From: Pseudogymnoascus verrucosus
Lineage: Eukaryota
Length of the DNA: 64,000 bases
Reading direction: 5' to 3' (one strand)
Assembly: GCA_001662655.1 (NCBI GenBank)
Contig: KV460261.1
Part shown: in pieces, positions 37,570 to 48,979 of the stretch
Numbering within the stretch: position 1 is the stretch's first letter
How the letters are laid out: each line of letters opens with the position of its first letter
Notes under the pieces: generated by a model
Told to the model about the DNA's origin: nothing
What the model saw: the letters and a program-made list of their open reading frames with translations, nothing else
Database searches by the model: none
Translations under genes and position numbers: made by a program

Positions 37570-40551
37570 CTATTCTGTACTATTTTCCTCTGCCGCCGAG
37601 AGTAGCAACTGGACGACGGCTTCGCGCGCCTTCACAGTATCCGCCGATACCGGTGTCTGGTCAATAAAATCCTGCACCTCTACCTTGACCCCCATCTCGA
37701 GCAACAGCTCGACGATGGCCTCATGACTTTCCATATCTGCAATCAGGGTATCAACGCCCTCCTCGGGCAACAGCGCAACAATGGCGTCGTAGGCTTTTTT
37801 AGCAGCTAGTAATAGTAGCTTCTGACCTTTATCACCCTTCACTTCAATATTAGCCCCCTCCTCGAGCAACAGCTTAACGATGGCTTTGTGTCCCATGGTA
37901 ATAGCTACCGTTAACGGTGTCCAGTCGCTACCATCCTGCACCTCTATATCAGCCCCCCCCTCAAGCAACAGCTTAATGGTGACCATGCTTCCATTCCAAG
38001 CAGCTTGTAATAGTGGCGTCTGCCCATAACCATCCTTTGTATCTATATCCGTCTCATTCCTCAGTAGTAGCTTAACAACAGCTTCATGGCCTCCTTTAGC
38101 AGCTAGTAATAGTAGCGTCTGCCCATTATCATCTTTTGCCTCTATATCTGCCTCATTCTTCAGTAGTAGCTCAACAACGGCTTTATGGCCTCTTTTGGCA
38201 GCTAGTAATAGTGGCGTCTGCCCATGATCATCCTTCGCCTCTTATATTTACTCCATTCTTTAGAAGCACCTCAACAACCTTTTCATGGCCTCTTTTAGCA
38301 ACTCCCTTGCCGTCTGGTGGATAAGCGACAATTTTGAGTCGTAGACGCTAACAAAAAGGCCGCAAAGATTTGTGACAACGCTTTGGAATTTGTCCGCTGG
38401 CCATAGTTCCGACTTGAGTTTCGTTTGTGACTCCGGTTCTTCCTTTCGAATAGCTAGTGCCAGCGCAACATTCGTTTCGTCGAGAGTCAAAGGCCGTGTA
38501 GCAGCTAGTATGATTTGGAGGATAATCTTCGTCCATGATTGGTTCGTGCTCCTGCTTAGGATCTTTTCGTATGCGTCAGATACTTGGGATGGCAGACTAG
38601 ACAATAGCGTTTCAATATCAAGCGCCCTACTATACTCACTAGGGCGCTTCTCGATAATATCGAACGTCAAATGTAGCCAGAGGTATGTACGATGCTCCAT
38701 GCTCTTAAGGCATTCACCGATCTTTTGCTGATCCGTGTCGGCGAAGCCAGACGTTATATGTGGCACTCTATAGTCGATAACAAGATCAATCTCCTTCTGG
38801 ATTTCCTTTGACTTGTCATCACCATCGAATCGTAAATAAACAGCTTTGGGGAATTTTCTAAAAGAACTCTCCAAATTATCATATGGACGACTCGTCACAA
38901 GAAACTTGAGCTTCGAGTCATTCGTCAATGGCCTCGCACTTCGAGAATAGAACTCTTCTAGTGTCTTGATAAGTTTCTGCCCGCTTTCGTTCTTACATTC
39001 GTCTAGGGCATCAAGGACGCAGATGATTTCACCAGAATCTAGAGATGTGGCGCAAGCTAATAGGATTTTCCACAGCTCAGACGCTTTCTTAGTGAGAGTT
39101 CGTTCATGGTTCCTGTAGCTCTCAAGCGCATACTTGATCAGTCTAGAGGTGGAATGGCAAGAGAAAAGTTGGTGTAATACTGCACACAACGCTTGAGCAC
39201 TATCCATGGGGCCATCTCCGCCATCTTTAAAAAAAAAGTAGCATATAGTTGACTGTCTGCCAGTAGCAGGTTCATTAGAAAATGACGTAATAGTTATCGT
39301 AGTAATGGCCAGTTGATTCTCGTCAATAAGACATTTTGACAAGACTGACTTGCCACGTCCCGGTCCTGCTGAAACCCAAAGCAGACTAGAAGTTGTATTA
39401 TCGCGCCACTTGCGAAATCTGTCATCCTTCAGAAACCACTCGCAGGTGCCGGGAACCCTTTTTGGGTTGAGATCCTTGTATCTTTCATAGTCTCCTGCTG
39501 CCTCTGCCAAGTCTCCAAGAAGTCTTGTTTCCTGCTCATCTCTGATATGCCGCTCATTGCTCTCCCGTAGATTCTGTATCCCTTGTAGTAAGCTATCCCT
39601 ATTCTCTTGAATTTCGCTTTCACGGGATACACCAATGAGCCTGCTGCAATTTTCGCTCCAGCTATCAATCTCCTCTACCTTACTTTTCCAAAATCCAGGA
39701 CTGCTCAGATCTCCCCATGCGCGCGAGAATTGCGATTTGGAGAGGTGGCATATAACATAAGCCTGGTACGTGAAGAACAGTGAATATAATTTGACCAAGC
39801 GTTCAGTGAGACTTTGATAGTGATGTTGATGTTTGGATTGGAGGGATGTCTTCTCCTGGATCTGCCAGAACTGCTGGAGTTCACCGATCGAGCTGAATCC
39901 CTCTAGCATTGCTTCATTCTCCGTGGTACCGCTTGTAAGGAGCGGGAAAAGTAATGAAACACCAGACCACGCCAGTGCCGCGTAGGGTTGAGTGCTCACG
40001 GCGCTTTTAACCAATGGATCGGACCATTCAAGGATTTTAGTCAACCTTATAACCTGCGCTCGTATATTGACATCGCGGCCTCGGATTGAAACCTTCCATT
40101 GCCTATTTTCTCGGTCCTTTAATAGCTTCTCTAGCGCTGTTTCGATAGACTCTCGGCTTGAGAGATCTGTATCTACTGGAGCGCTACCAAGCACGTGCGT
40201 ATCATAGGCAAGTAGCAGTTCTTGAGGACCTTCCTTTCGGAATTGATCATAAGCCGATTTCCATAGATCGAGGCTGTCGCTCGTCGAGGGGGTAGCAGAG
40301 GCACTCAGTTGATCCGCAGGCCGGATTGATAGCGTCGTCGTGGAGGGGTGGCTCGGCGACTGTGGGCGACTCGGTGATTGTGTCTCTGACGGCTCAGCTC
40401 GCTCAGGTGGTAGTTTAGTACGCACTTCCGGGGACACAGGCGCCGAGGCGGAGGTCTGCTCCAATTTAACAGACGACGCGGGCGAGCCGAGCTCCACTCT
40501 CTTTTCTCTGCGACTCCCAACCTTTTTCTTGACGCGGTCTAGAAGCGTCAT
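37570..40551 (-). pseudogene. NLR-like NACHT NTPase with C-terminal ankyrin repeats, disrupted
   Basis: 763-aa ORF with N-terminal helical domain, Walker A GPGRGKS, Walker B LDALDEC and winged-helix LIHQTARE; then three in-frame stops (38260, 38248, 38242) before about 6 ankyrin repeats of 99 bp (38240-37570). Confidence 0.75.
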
Positions 40552-41075
40552 ATTATTTAAACGGCTATGGTTTTTCCTTTAGCAAAACTGCTAGCAGGTC
40601 AATGTTTTAGTTTTCAGTTTTGCTTCAATAGAACTCAAAGAGTGGCTGAGCAACGTCTGAGTGGCTTCCTCGCTTAAACCTGCAGTGATGCCCAAGGGAG
40701 GAATCCTACACAGAGTTGCGTTAATGTTACAGGGGTGATTTGGGGGCGGGGACGACGACATACTACATAACATTAGGTAGGCAAAGGGACGAACTATTGT
40801 AGAGCTAAGAATTAATATAGCGATGGGTGGGATTACTAACCAGCTATCTAGTCCTCATATATTTTTTATATAGTTGAGGATGCTGCCGTAGCATAGAACC
40901 TATTTATTTGCTAGAGCATTCCTTGTCGGACATGGTGCAAATAGGGTCACTTTTTGTAGAATAGGGTAGTCAAACCAACCCGATACCTACTTACGTTCAA
41001 AATTCAAACAATATAGACTGTGTTTGTTTCGTAATCATATAGCAATAATCAGCAGAAACTTTTCAGCGCATCCCC

Positions 41076-42140
41076 TCAACCCACTCTCTGATTCCCAATA
41101 AACAGCCCCGTTCCACTCACACTCCCAACCGAATAACTCGACCCATAACTATTACTACGAGTCTGTCCCAAAAACGTCCAGGTATTCGTAAATACCCCCT
41201 CTGTCCTCCTATCCCCGGGATCGACGACGGTATAGCTCTCGAAGTTATTCCGCACCCTCGTTGTCGAGCCCATCATCGAGGTACGAGAATCTGAGACTGT
41301 AGGGCCGCGGGCAAACACGATGATCACGCGGCTTATGGTTGTGAATATTCCGTAGACTAGGCCAGCGGCAAAGCCGGCTTTGTTGGAGCATATTTCGAAG
41401 CCTAGATTTGGGAGGGTGAGAGGTGAGAATGTGAAGCTCGGTGGAGAGGGAAGGGGGTTTAGTGGGCATACCTTCTCGCCGCGCCATACGGGCAAATAGG
41501 TAGCCGGAGAAAGCATCCCAGAGTGGAGAGGTTGGGCTTATACTCGTTGCGGCGGTGGCGGGAGAGGTTTCGGAGCCGAGGAAGAGGGAGGCTACGAGGG
41601 CGGGTTTGATGAGGCTATCGTTTACTATTTTCTTCGTCAATATTTTTATGGGGTTGTAGAGGTAGGCCAGGAGTAGCTACTATGGGCACTATCAAGAGAC
41701 GGTTTACGTACCTGTCCCCAGCACCATCGTAGAAACAAAACACGTCACTAGAACCGCGACCCCGAATCTACTACTCGCCATCGCAAATAAAACCGCTATG
41801 GGCATGTTCACACCGCCGTATGCGGTGCCAAAATGCCAGACGGCGAGGATACCAGATTTGAAAAGCCCCGCTCGGCCGCCGAGGATGGCTACTTCCGCGC
41901 CATCGTACGGGGTTTGAGCGGTACTGCTAGAGCGGGACCAGGAGTTGATCCTCGCGCCGGTAAGGGCGGCATAGTGCCCGGCGATTAGGTTGAAAAACAG
42001 GTCGACGAGGTAGATAAGTATTGTAACAGCTACTGTAGGATGGTTAGCGAGGGGTTGTTATAATTATGTGGCGAGCGGGTGTTACTTCGTCGGGAGAGGG
42101 GAGATCGCTCTGTCACATGGGCTTGGGGTGAGAAATCCAT
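41076..42140 (-). CDS. Uncharacterised multi-pass membrane protein, 4 exons
   Basis: Splicing by eye gives MDFSPQAH...AVTILIYLVDLFFNLIAG...LWDAFSGYLFARMARREGFEIC...AAGLVYGIF...GLFIGNQRVG*, with canonical GT-AG introns. Confidence 0.6.
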
Positions 42141-42485
42141 CTTGGCCCCTAATCTGGGGTTTCCTATGGTATGTGAGTGACGATAAATAAAATCTCAGGA
42201 TTAGCCACGCGGTATTCTATCTGTCCATGATATGTATATCTTCTCGGTATCGTGTCATTATCTGTTGCGGGGATTTGACATTCTAGTGCTAGGATTATCA
42301 CCGCAGAACCCTGCAAACGCGAGGCATACGTGAGGCTGAGCTGAGGCTGAGCAGCAGAGTGATAAAAGAGAAGACACGGAAGGCTTCAACGAGAAGATAC
42401 AAGATAAAATAAAACTAAAACCAATGGAAAATAGTCAAAATAAATTTGTATTTTGCGGGATTCTACTCTGACTTCGCATAGCAAA

Positions 42486-43426
42486 ATGTTGAGTGCAGCG
42501 TGCACTATTGAACCAAACCCCGATGTAACGGGAACAGGTGTCAGTGATTTTCTTAGCCCAATAAATACATCTAACTAATTCATATATAGATCCGAATTTC
42601 GATTTACGCTCTTGCACTCGGCGGTCGAGTAATCAGCTTTATTGCCTCCCAGATCGGCAACGAGGAAGACACAAAAGAGCTTAGAGAAGCCATAGATGTA
42701 ACACTAAGTGTCCAAGGCCTTGCTCTCCTCTTCACAGCAGTAACGCAAGCCTTCCTCAACAAATTAACTCTCTTCCACGCTATCTGCGTCATCCATCTCC
42801 TCGCCCTCCTCGGCATAAATCTCCCGCGCCAGGCCAAATACAGAAATGTGGGAGTGCTGAGGATGTATGTATGGCTTGGGATAAAGTTCTGTGCCAGCGG
42901 CATTTTCATGGCTTTTGCTACTTATATCTGGTATACGGCAAGGACATTCGGAGTGCAGCCAGAATGCAATGCGGATATAATTTATGTCGTATTTGGTATC
43001 AGCATTCCTGCTACCTCCGCAGCACTGCGCTGGATCATGGTTGGCACGCTCTTACTCACTGCTTTCTGGTCGTTGGTTGGAGCGGTGCTCATGGTCTGTT
43101 TTTACGCATTTTTCAGCTGGCAAGCGAGGAGGCATCCGAATGGGTGGGAGACGTTTCGGTATTCTGAGCAAATACCGCCGACGAGCGACGGGGAAACGAA
43201 GGTGGAACAGTGGATGGGGATGATTGTTGGCGTTGGCTTCAATATTTATGCGATGGTGTCCCTGGAACAAACTATATCGAGGAATACTATCGGAATCGGA
43301 GAACGAGAGTGGACGTTTGGACAAATACTTTCCATATTTATGTTGGTTGGGGTTGCGAACGAGAGTGTGAATTTTGTTCTTGCGTATTTAGACAGAAATG
43401 AGCGAGAAAGAACGCATGCTGAATGA
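42486..43426 (+). CDS. Uncharacterised fungal multi-pass membrane protein
   Basis: Exon 1 MLSAACTIEPNPDVTGTG, intron, then IRISIY...LTLFHAICV...LEQTISRN...WTFGQIL; these are recurrent motifs of a widespread fungal membrane family of unknown function. Confidence 0.7.
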
Positions 43427-43483
43427 CAAAACAGTCTAGTAATTTAAAAGGCTCATTATTTCATATCTTATTGGGTCGCTCAA

Positions 43484-45053
43484 TCACACCACTCCTTCGC
43501 CGCCATTCCACACCTCTAGAATCCCGACATCCCATCCCCCAGCAAAGACACGCGCTCCCTCGGGTAGCCGAGCGTTGCTCTCCTGTAAAAGGGTAGCGAA
43601 AGCGCGTACCACCGACGCCGGGAGCCGTACCTCCTCCACCGCGCTATTCGGCGCATCGAGGACGGCGGTAGCCTCGTCTCTGGGAGGAGAAGGGCGAAAG
43701 AGGAGCTTGCTTGCTGGGAGGGGTGGTGGTGGTGAGGAGTTCCTGGGCGTGAGGGCTGGCGAGGAAGAGGTGGGGTGGGAAGAGATGGAAGAAAAAGATA
43801 CGGTAAGAGATGGCGCAAACAGCCATACATATACCCCTACCTCTGCATCCGCATTGCTTTCGCTCTTAGCATCAGCCGGTGGTGGCGGTGGCCGGATGAT
43901 GAATTTCGAGACGCCGAGGGCGGAGGATTGGGCGTGGAGTTGCGGGAGGAGGAAGTGGGGGAGAGGTGGAGAGGTGGGTGCGAGTTGTGTTGTAGGGGAG
44001 GAAGTTGCGGTGGTTAGGGGAGCAGTGAGTGAGAGTGACCATTTGTACAGTTGATTGCCTGCGGGTGTGGAGATGCCGATGTGTGCGGCGCAGGATGTGC
44101 AACTGAGGGTGAGGGAGGAGGGGTTGGTCTGTAGTGGGTTAGTCTGGCTGTGAAGGGGTGGTCTGTAGGAGATAGTTGAGTGCTGATGACGGGGGATTGG
44201 GTAATGGGCATGTTTCTCGTCCCTCCCAAGGCGTTCTCTCATGCTAAAGTTAGAGAATCCTGATAGCAGAGTAACCCATTCTCGGTGTGAGAGGGTACAC
44301 TCGCCACCATGGGACGGAGTGGAGGGGTCTCTCTAGGGCATTTGTATCGGTGACCTTGCCACTGAAGCGATGAGCTGGCAGGCCGCCTTCTTGATGCCCG
44401 ACATATGAAAACGAAATAAACCCAACAAAAACAGGTATATCAAAAATCCTTACCTCGAGGCCGCTACAATCCTCCCCATCCAGGAGGAAGTATGTCAAAT
44501 CAACCTTTCCCACCCCTTTCTGAGCCATCATCCGCGTATTCGCCCCATACCCCTTCGTGGTATTATCCCCCCCTTCCTCATCCCCCTTCTCCCCAACCGG
44601 CACATCGGGTTTATGACAGTGCCAGAACTCCATCATCTCGGCCCAGTTCTCGCTAGGCAGGTCGCGCCACGTCGTCACGCGCCCGGGGGACAGGATGACC
44701 TGTCCGCATCCTCGGCAGGAAAACGAGGACGTGCCCGCGAGTGCGCCGGCGGACCACGGCGCGGTAACGGAGGGCGCAGCGCGTGGTTGCAACAGAGAGG
44801 CCGCGAGAGGGATGCGCCAGGATAACTGGGCAAGGTTGGGATGCGGCTGTGCGGGGTTATAGGTCGGTGCTATCGCGCCTGGTAGCTGGAGGGAAGCTGT
44901 TGCGCCATTGTGGACGAGTGTAAGGATCGCGCGGTCTCCGGAGAGGGAAACGCGGGTTGTGCCGTCGGAGGGAGTGGGGAGGGCGGCGAGAACGGAGATC
45001 TGGCGGATATTGGGGAGGAGCTCAGCGTAGATTAGGGGCGGAGAGGGCATCAT
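43484..45053 (-). CDS. HECT-like ubiquitin-conjugating enzyme E2-binding protein (UBE3D/Ipa1 family)
   Basis: IYAELLPNIRQI, CRGC, WRDLPSENWAEMMEFWHCHKP, CTSC, LYKWSL, LQESNARLP...GWDVGIL; one 325-nt intron 44453-44129. Confidence 0.88.
44208..44400 (-). ncRNA. Intronic box H/ACA guide RNA, snR81-like (5' pocket fits U2 snRNA psi-42)
   Basis: 5' hairpin GGGCAU/AUGCCC with pocket strands AAGAA and GAUAC; H-like AGAGAGA 14 nt from the pocket; 3' hairpin closed by CGUCCC/GGGACG; ACA at 44213-44211. Confidence 0.7.
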
Positions 45054-45399
45054 TATAGTGGCTAAGTGGTGTATTTCGCGATGGCCACGCAGGGGAGGAG
45101 TGCGGGCGCGTTGGGTTGAGGCGCCTTGAGGGCGCGGTGCCTGGATGCGGAAGAGGTGAGGTTGGGGATTTGGAGAAGCTCGGGCTAGTATTGGTGTCGC
45201 TAGCGCGATCGGGGACCTGCCGTCATAGCTCCCCGCATTCAACAACTTTAGCTCGTCGTCGTCACCCAGGTTGCACAAGTCACACCATGCTACAAGGATT
45301 GATTTATAATATCTGAGTATCTCCAAGTCATCTGATATTGTGTATGCCATTTACTATATCATTTATTATATCATAACATAGACGGACGACGCCGCTGCC

Positions 45400-46771
45400 A
45401 TGTCAGCCCCCATGATAGCTTGGGCCCCGGTGGTCAACCGCGCCTATCGATTTATGACCTCGTTCAGTATGGCGTCGCATCCTTCAATTGATATTCCCTC
45501 GGTCGACATCCACGATGTAGAGACCGCCCCGGAGAAGAGGGCAAGGACGCTCAAGCACCTGATAAAAGCTAACCACGTGAACTTCGCCGTCTTGTTCCAC
45601 GATCTACAATTCGACAACCATATGGCTCACATATTATGCTCTGCATATATACTCGGGGCGAATGAGGATCACCTGAACCATATCTACAGCGAAATGTCAA
45701 AAATTCTGGATGAGTGGACGGACTCTCCAGCTGAGATAACAGACCAGGATTGGAGGCAGTTCTTGGGTGACAGGAGGTACCAAAGGGCATATGTGGATTT
45801 TTTCGAGGACGAGCTCGCGTTGAAGCACGACTACGACTGGAAGATAGTCGTGAAGGAATTCTTTTTTGAGGGCGAAAACCCCTTGATAAACTGTGTCATC
45901 AGCGGTCGTATGTTTTTCTATGGAAGTATTTTGGTCTGTACTAACACTTACAGTTGGTCATCCTTTGATACAGCTCGGCTATGCGTTCGAGTTCAACAGC
46001 AAGGAGATCGCCATGGAAGCTCTCGGGCTTGCCGCAGTTTCCTATAACTACCTGCATAAGTACTCGGACGACACATCATATACGAAACCCTCGGAGAACC
46101 CCACTACCTCTATCTTCGAAATCCTGGAGAGAATCGGCGTCGACAAGCGCTTCGATGGCATCTTCAAGAATAAGAGTGGCAGTAACTCTACCTACCTTTT
46201 CGAGCACCACGAGAGCCTCGTCCTCGAGCACTGGAATTCATGGGCTATTGAGGACCCCGTCAAGCAGTTTGAAGAGTCTCAGAAGGCTGCCGCATCCTTA
46301 CTGGTTGCCACTGTTGCGGCTGGTGCAGAAGACTATGATTTCTTCCTTGTCCATATTCTCACCACGAGCCATGCAGTGAGGATTCTCCTGCCCTTCATCC
46401 CGAAGAAGTTCCACATTGGCGTCGTGAGACAATGGTTCCTCCTAACTATTGCCGTCTATATTGGCCAGCTGAGGCCGAAAATCGACTGGGAACCAGTGGA
46501 AAAGACGCAGGTGGGAGATAAAGGGTGGAAATATGTGGTCCACAAGGCGGTTGCAGGATCATTTTCGACTGATGCACATTACGTGAAAGGTAGGCTTGCT
46601 CATCTGGCAGTACTGTAATATGTGGCTGACAATCGGATAGCACTTCGCGCCTTGAAAGAGGCTGCGTCGACATGGGGTGATGCTGATGGACTGTATCTGT
46701 CTGGTGCGATTAGGTTTGCGGACGAGTTCAACGGCTGGCACGGCTTTGGTGCAGACGGGAAGGAGCATTAA
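45400..46771 (+). CDS. Questin oxidase-like / DUF4243-type oxidoreductase
   Basis: FDNHMAH, YVDFFEDE, GHPLIQLGYAFE, YDFFLVHILT, DAHYVK/ALR; 3 exons; divergent from the UBE3D-like gene across about 350 bp. Confidence 0.8.
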
Positions 46772-47713
46772 TAAGGAGGGACCGGATGTGTGTGCGGATA
46801 TGGGGCTCGCTCAGTTTTGGCGCTATGGAACATAGGATGGGATCTGATAGCAGTTCAACGATATCACGAAAGGGATGAACCAGGGACTTCTGTGAGTTTA
46901 CTTCCCATGAAGATGTTCTGTACTAATCACATGAGTAGGCGTGGGGATTTGCTGTAATGTATTTTACATGGAACGAGGCTACTCACTACTCAAAAAATAT
47001 TCACTCGTGCAGCTAAAAGTTTGGAGGAGTCTGTACTGTACAACTGAGAAATTGATATCCACTTGTACCGCGGTTGAATCTTGAAAATCCCTCCCTATGG
47101 CTTGATCCTGGAACTAACTTCTACGTGATTAAGACTCGCTATTTGATCCATACTGTAGTTATTATAACTTCCTAAAGCGGCAGTGGGGCTTGGATACTGT
47201 TGGTCCCCTTCCTCTTCGGCGACTTTTCCGCGGTGGCATAAGTACGATGACGTATCAACAATCCTACAATCCACAAAATATGTCCGCAGTGGGTTGTGCA
47301 CGTGACCAAGCTGAGCGTAAATCGCTGGCTCCGCCACAGCGTCACAGCCGTTTCCTCCAAATAGCCCATCAGATGGCACGTTACAATTATAGTCTCCTTC
47401 CCTCCCATAGTACGATTGTAAATATCTACGGGTTTTACTGTCTTACTGTACCCAAGTTAGATTGAATGGCGCGTTCGGTTATGGTGAGCCATCTTGCCAA
47501 GATTTGCCTTGTAAATCGCCTCGTGGATCCGCAAGAATCCTTCGACTAAAGCGGTAACTATCACGCGCTTTGAGGGCGCGGCATCTGACAGGTGACGGTT
47601 TCATTCACAAACCACAGAATCCATAAAAGATCGCTGTAAGTCCAACATTTCTCTTTCTTGTTGCCTCAACTACACAGACAGTTCAAGCCAAACAATCAAA
47701 TTCCAATATCACC

Positions 47714-48340
47714 ATGCCGTCGCCGTCTTCCAAATACGACACGTCCATTGTCGGACCCTTAAAACTACTTACTTTCTTCGGGAACAAAAGCCTCGATATC
47801 AGTGAAAACGGCCCAGGAAAAGCAAGGGCCTTTTACTATGCTAAAAAGCACACCTTCGGCCGCCCGAGCATCACTCTCCATGCAGGCAGCAAAACCGGTC
47901 CCGTCTTAGGGGCAGTCGAACTACACAGCTGGGGTTCCGATGAAGTTTGCCTAGGCAATCCAGCGATGGGGAATAAAACCTGGACACAGGTAACCAGGGG
48001 CAGCATATTTACGCACTCCGAGTATTCGTTTGTCTTTCGCTGCGGGCCGGACCAGGAAGATATGACTTTCTTATGGAGGCGCGTGACGACGAGGACGTTT
48101 CGTCCTATGGGGGACATGGAGTTGGTCGCGGCAGCGAGGCCGGACGAGGTGCTTGCGGAGTATGCGTCCTCGGGGATGATGAGCGCCTCGCAAGCTGTTG
48201 TCAAGGTTAGGGGAGATCTGGGGCAGGAATTAGATATGATGGTCTTGTTGACGATAGTGTCACTTCATTACAGTGCGCAGAGGCGCACGCGGAATGCTGC
48301 AGCTGGAGCAGGTTCTGGAGCTGCGGGGGGTGGATGCTGA
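47714..48340 (+). CDS. Hypothetical protein (small beta-rich fungal family)
   Basis: Single 208-aa ORF in CACCATG context, with CATAAAA upstream and protein-like sequence (PSITLHAG...GPVLG...FLWRR). Confidence 0.7.
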   Translation: MPSPSSKYDTSIVGPLKLLTFFGNKSLDISENGPGKARAFYYAKKHTFGRPSITLHAGSKTGPVLGAVELHSWGSDEVCLGNPAMGNKTWTQVTRGSIFTHSEYSFVFRCGPDQEDMTFLWRRVTTRTFRPMGDMELVAAARPDEVLAEYASSGMMSASQAVVKVRGDLGQELDMMVLLTIVSLHYSAQRRTRNAAAGAGSGAAGGGC

Positions 48341-48979
48341 TTCGATGTCGGGGGGGTTGAGGAGTTTCTTTATTTTAACTGTGCGCATGTATTTGTAGCT
48401 ATGATACCACCTATGCAATGAAAGATGAGAAATGAGAAATTCAGACGAGACATTGTTCATACTGTCAAGACAATATGTTTTAGACCCTTTCGCAGCTCAT
48501 GTGGGGAAGGAACGTGGAGGGGGAGCCAGGGTAAGTTACCCAAACTTCAATGCATAGACACATATGAGACAAGGGGTCAATCAAAGGTTTACATCATGGC
48601 AAATATCAACAGCTACAGCATGGCCATTATTATTTACAACACCCTACAGAATAATCTCCTTGCCTCTTCGCAAGTGTCTTCCCCAGATATTACCGCAGGT
48701 ACCTATCAACGAAATGACGAGGCTGAGCACACAGCCTCGGCGCCTCGTATACGTTCCTGCATCCTCCGCCGCGCGCCAACGCTCAGCCATGAAAGCACTG
48801 AAATAGAATCATGCCAAGCTACCATGCCACCGTCGCGACCACATTGATCACTTCAATACCCTCTTAATCGCATCTCCATCCCGTCTCGCTCCCTCTCGTG
48901 GCTACAACCTCGCCCAACCCCGCACGTGCGCACCCTCCAAACCCGAACACATCCGTCATCACCACACCCACCGCCCAAA

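Noticed and set aside
45054..45350. N-terminal extension of the UBE3D-like ORF from 45350
   Set aside because: Family-like sequence begins at M(M)PSPPLIYAELL (45053); the extension spans the shared promoter with the next gene.
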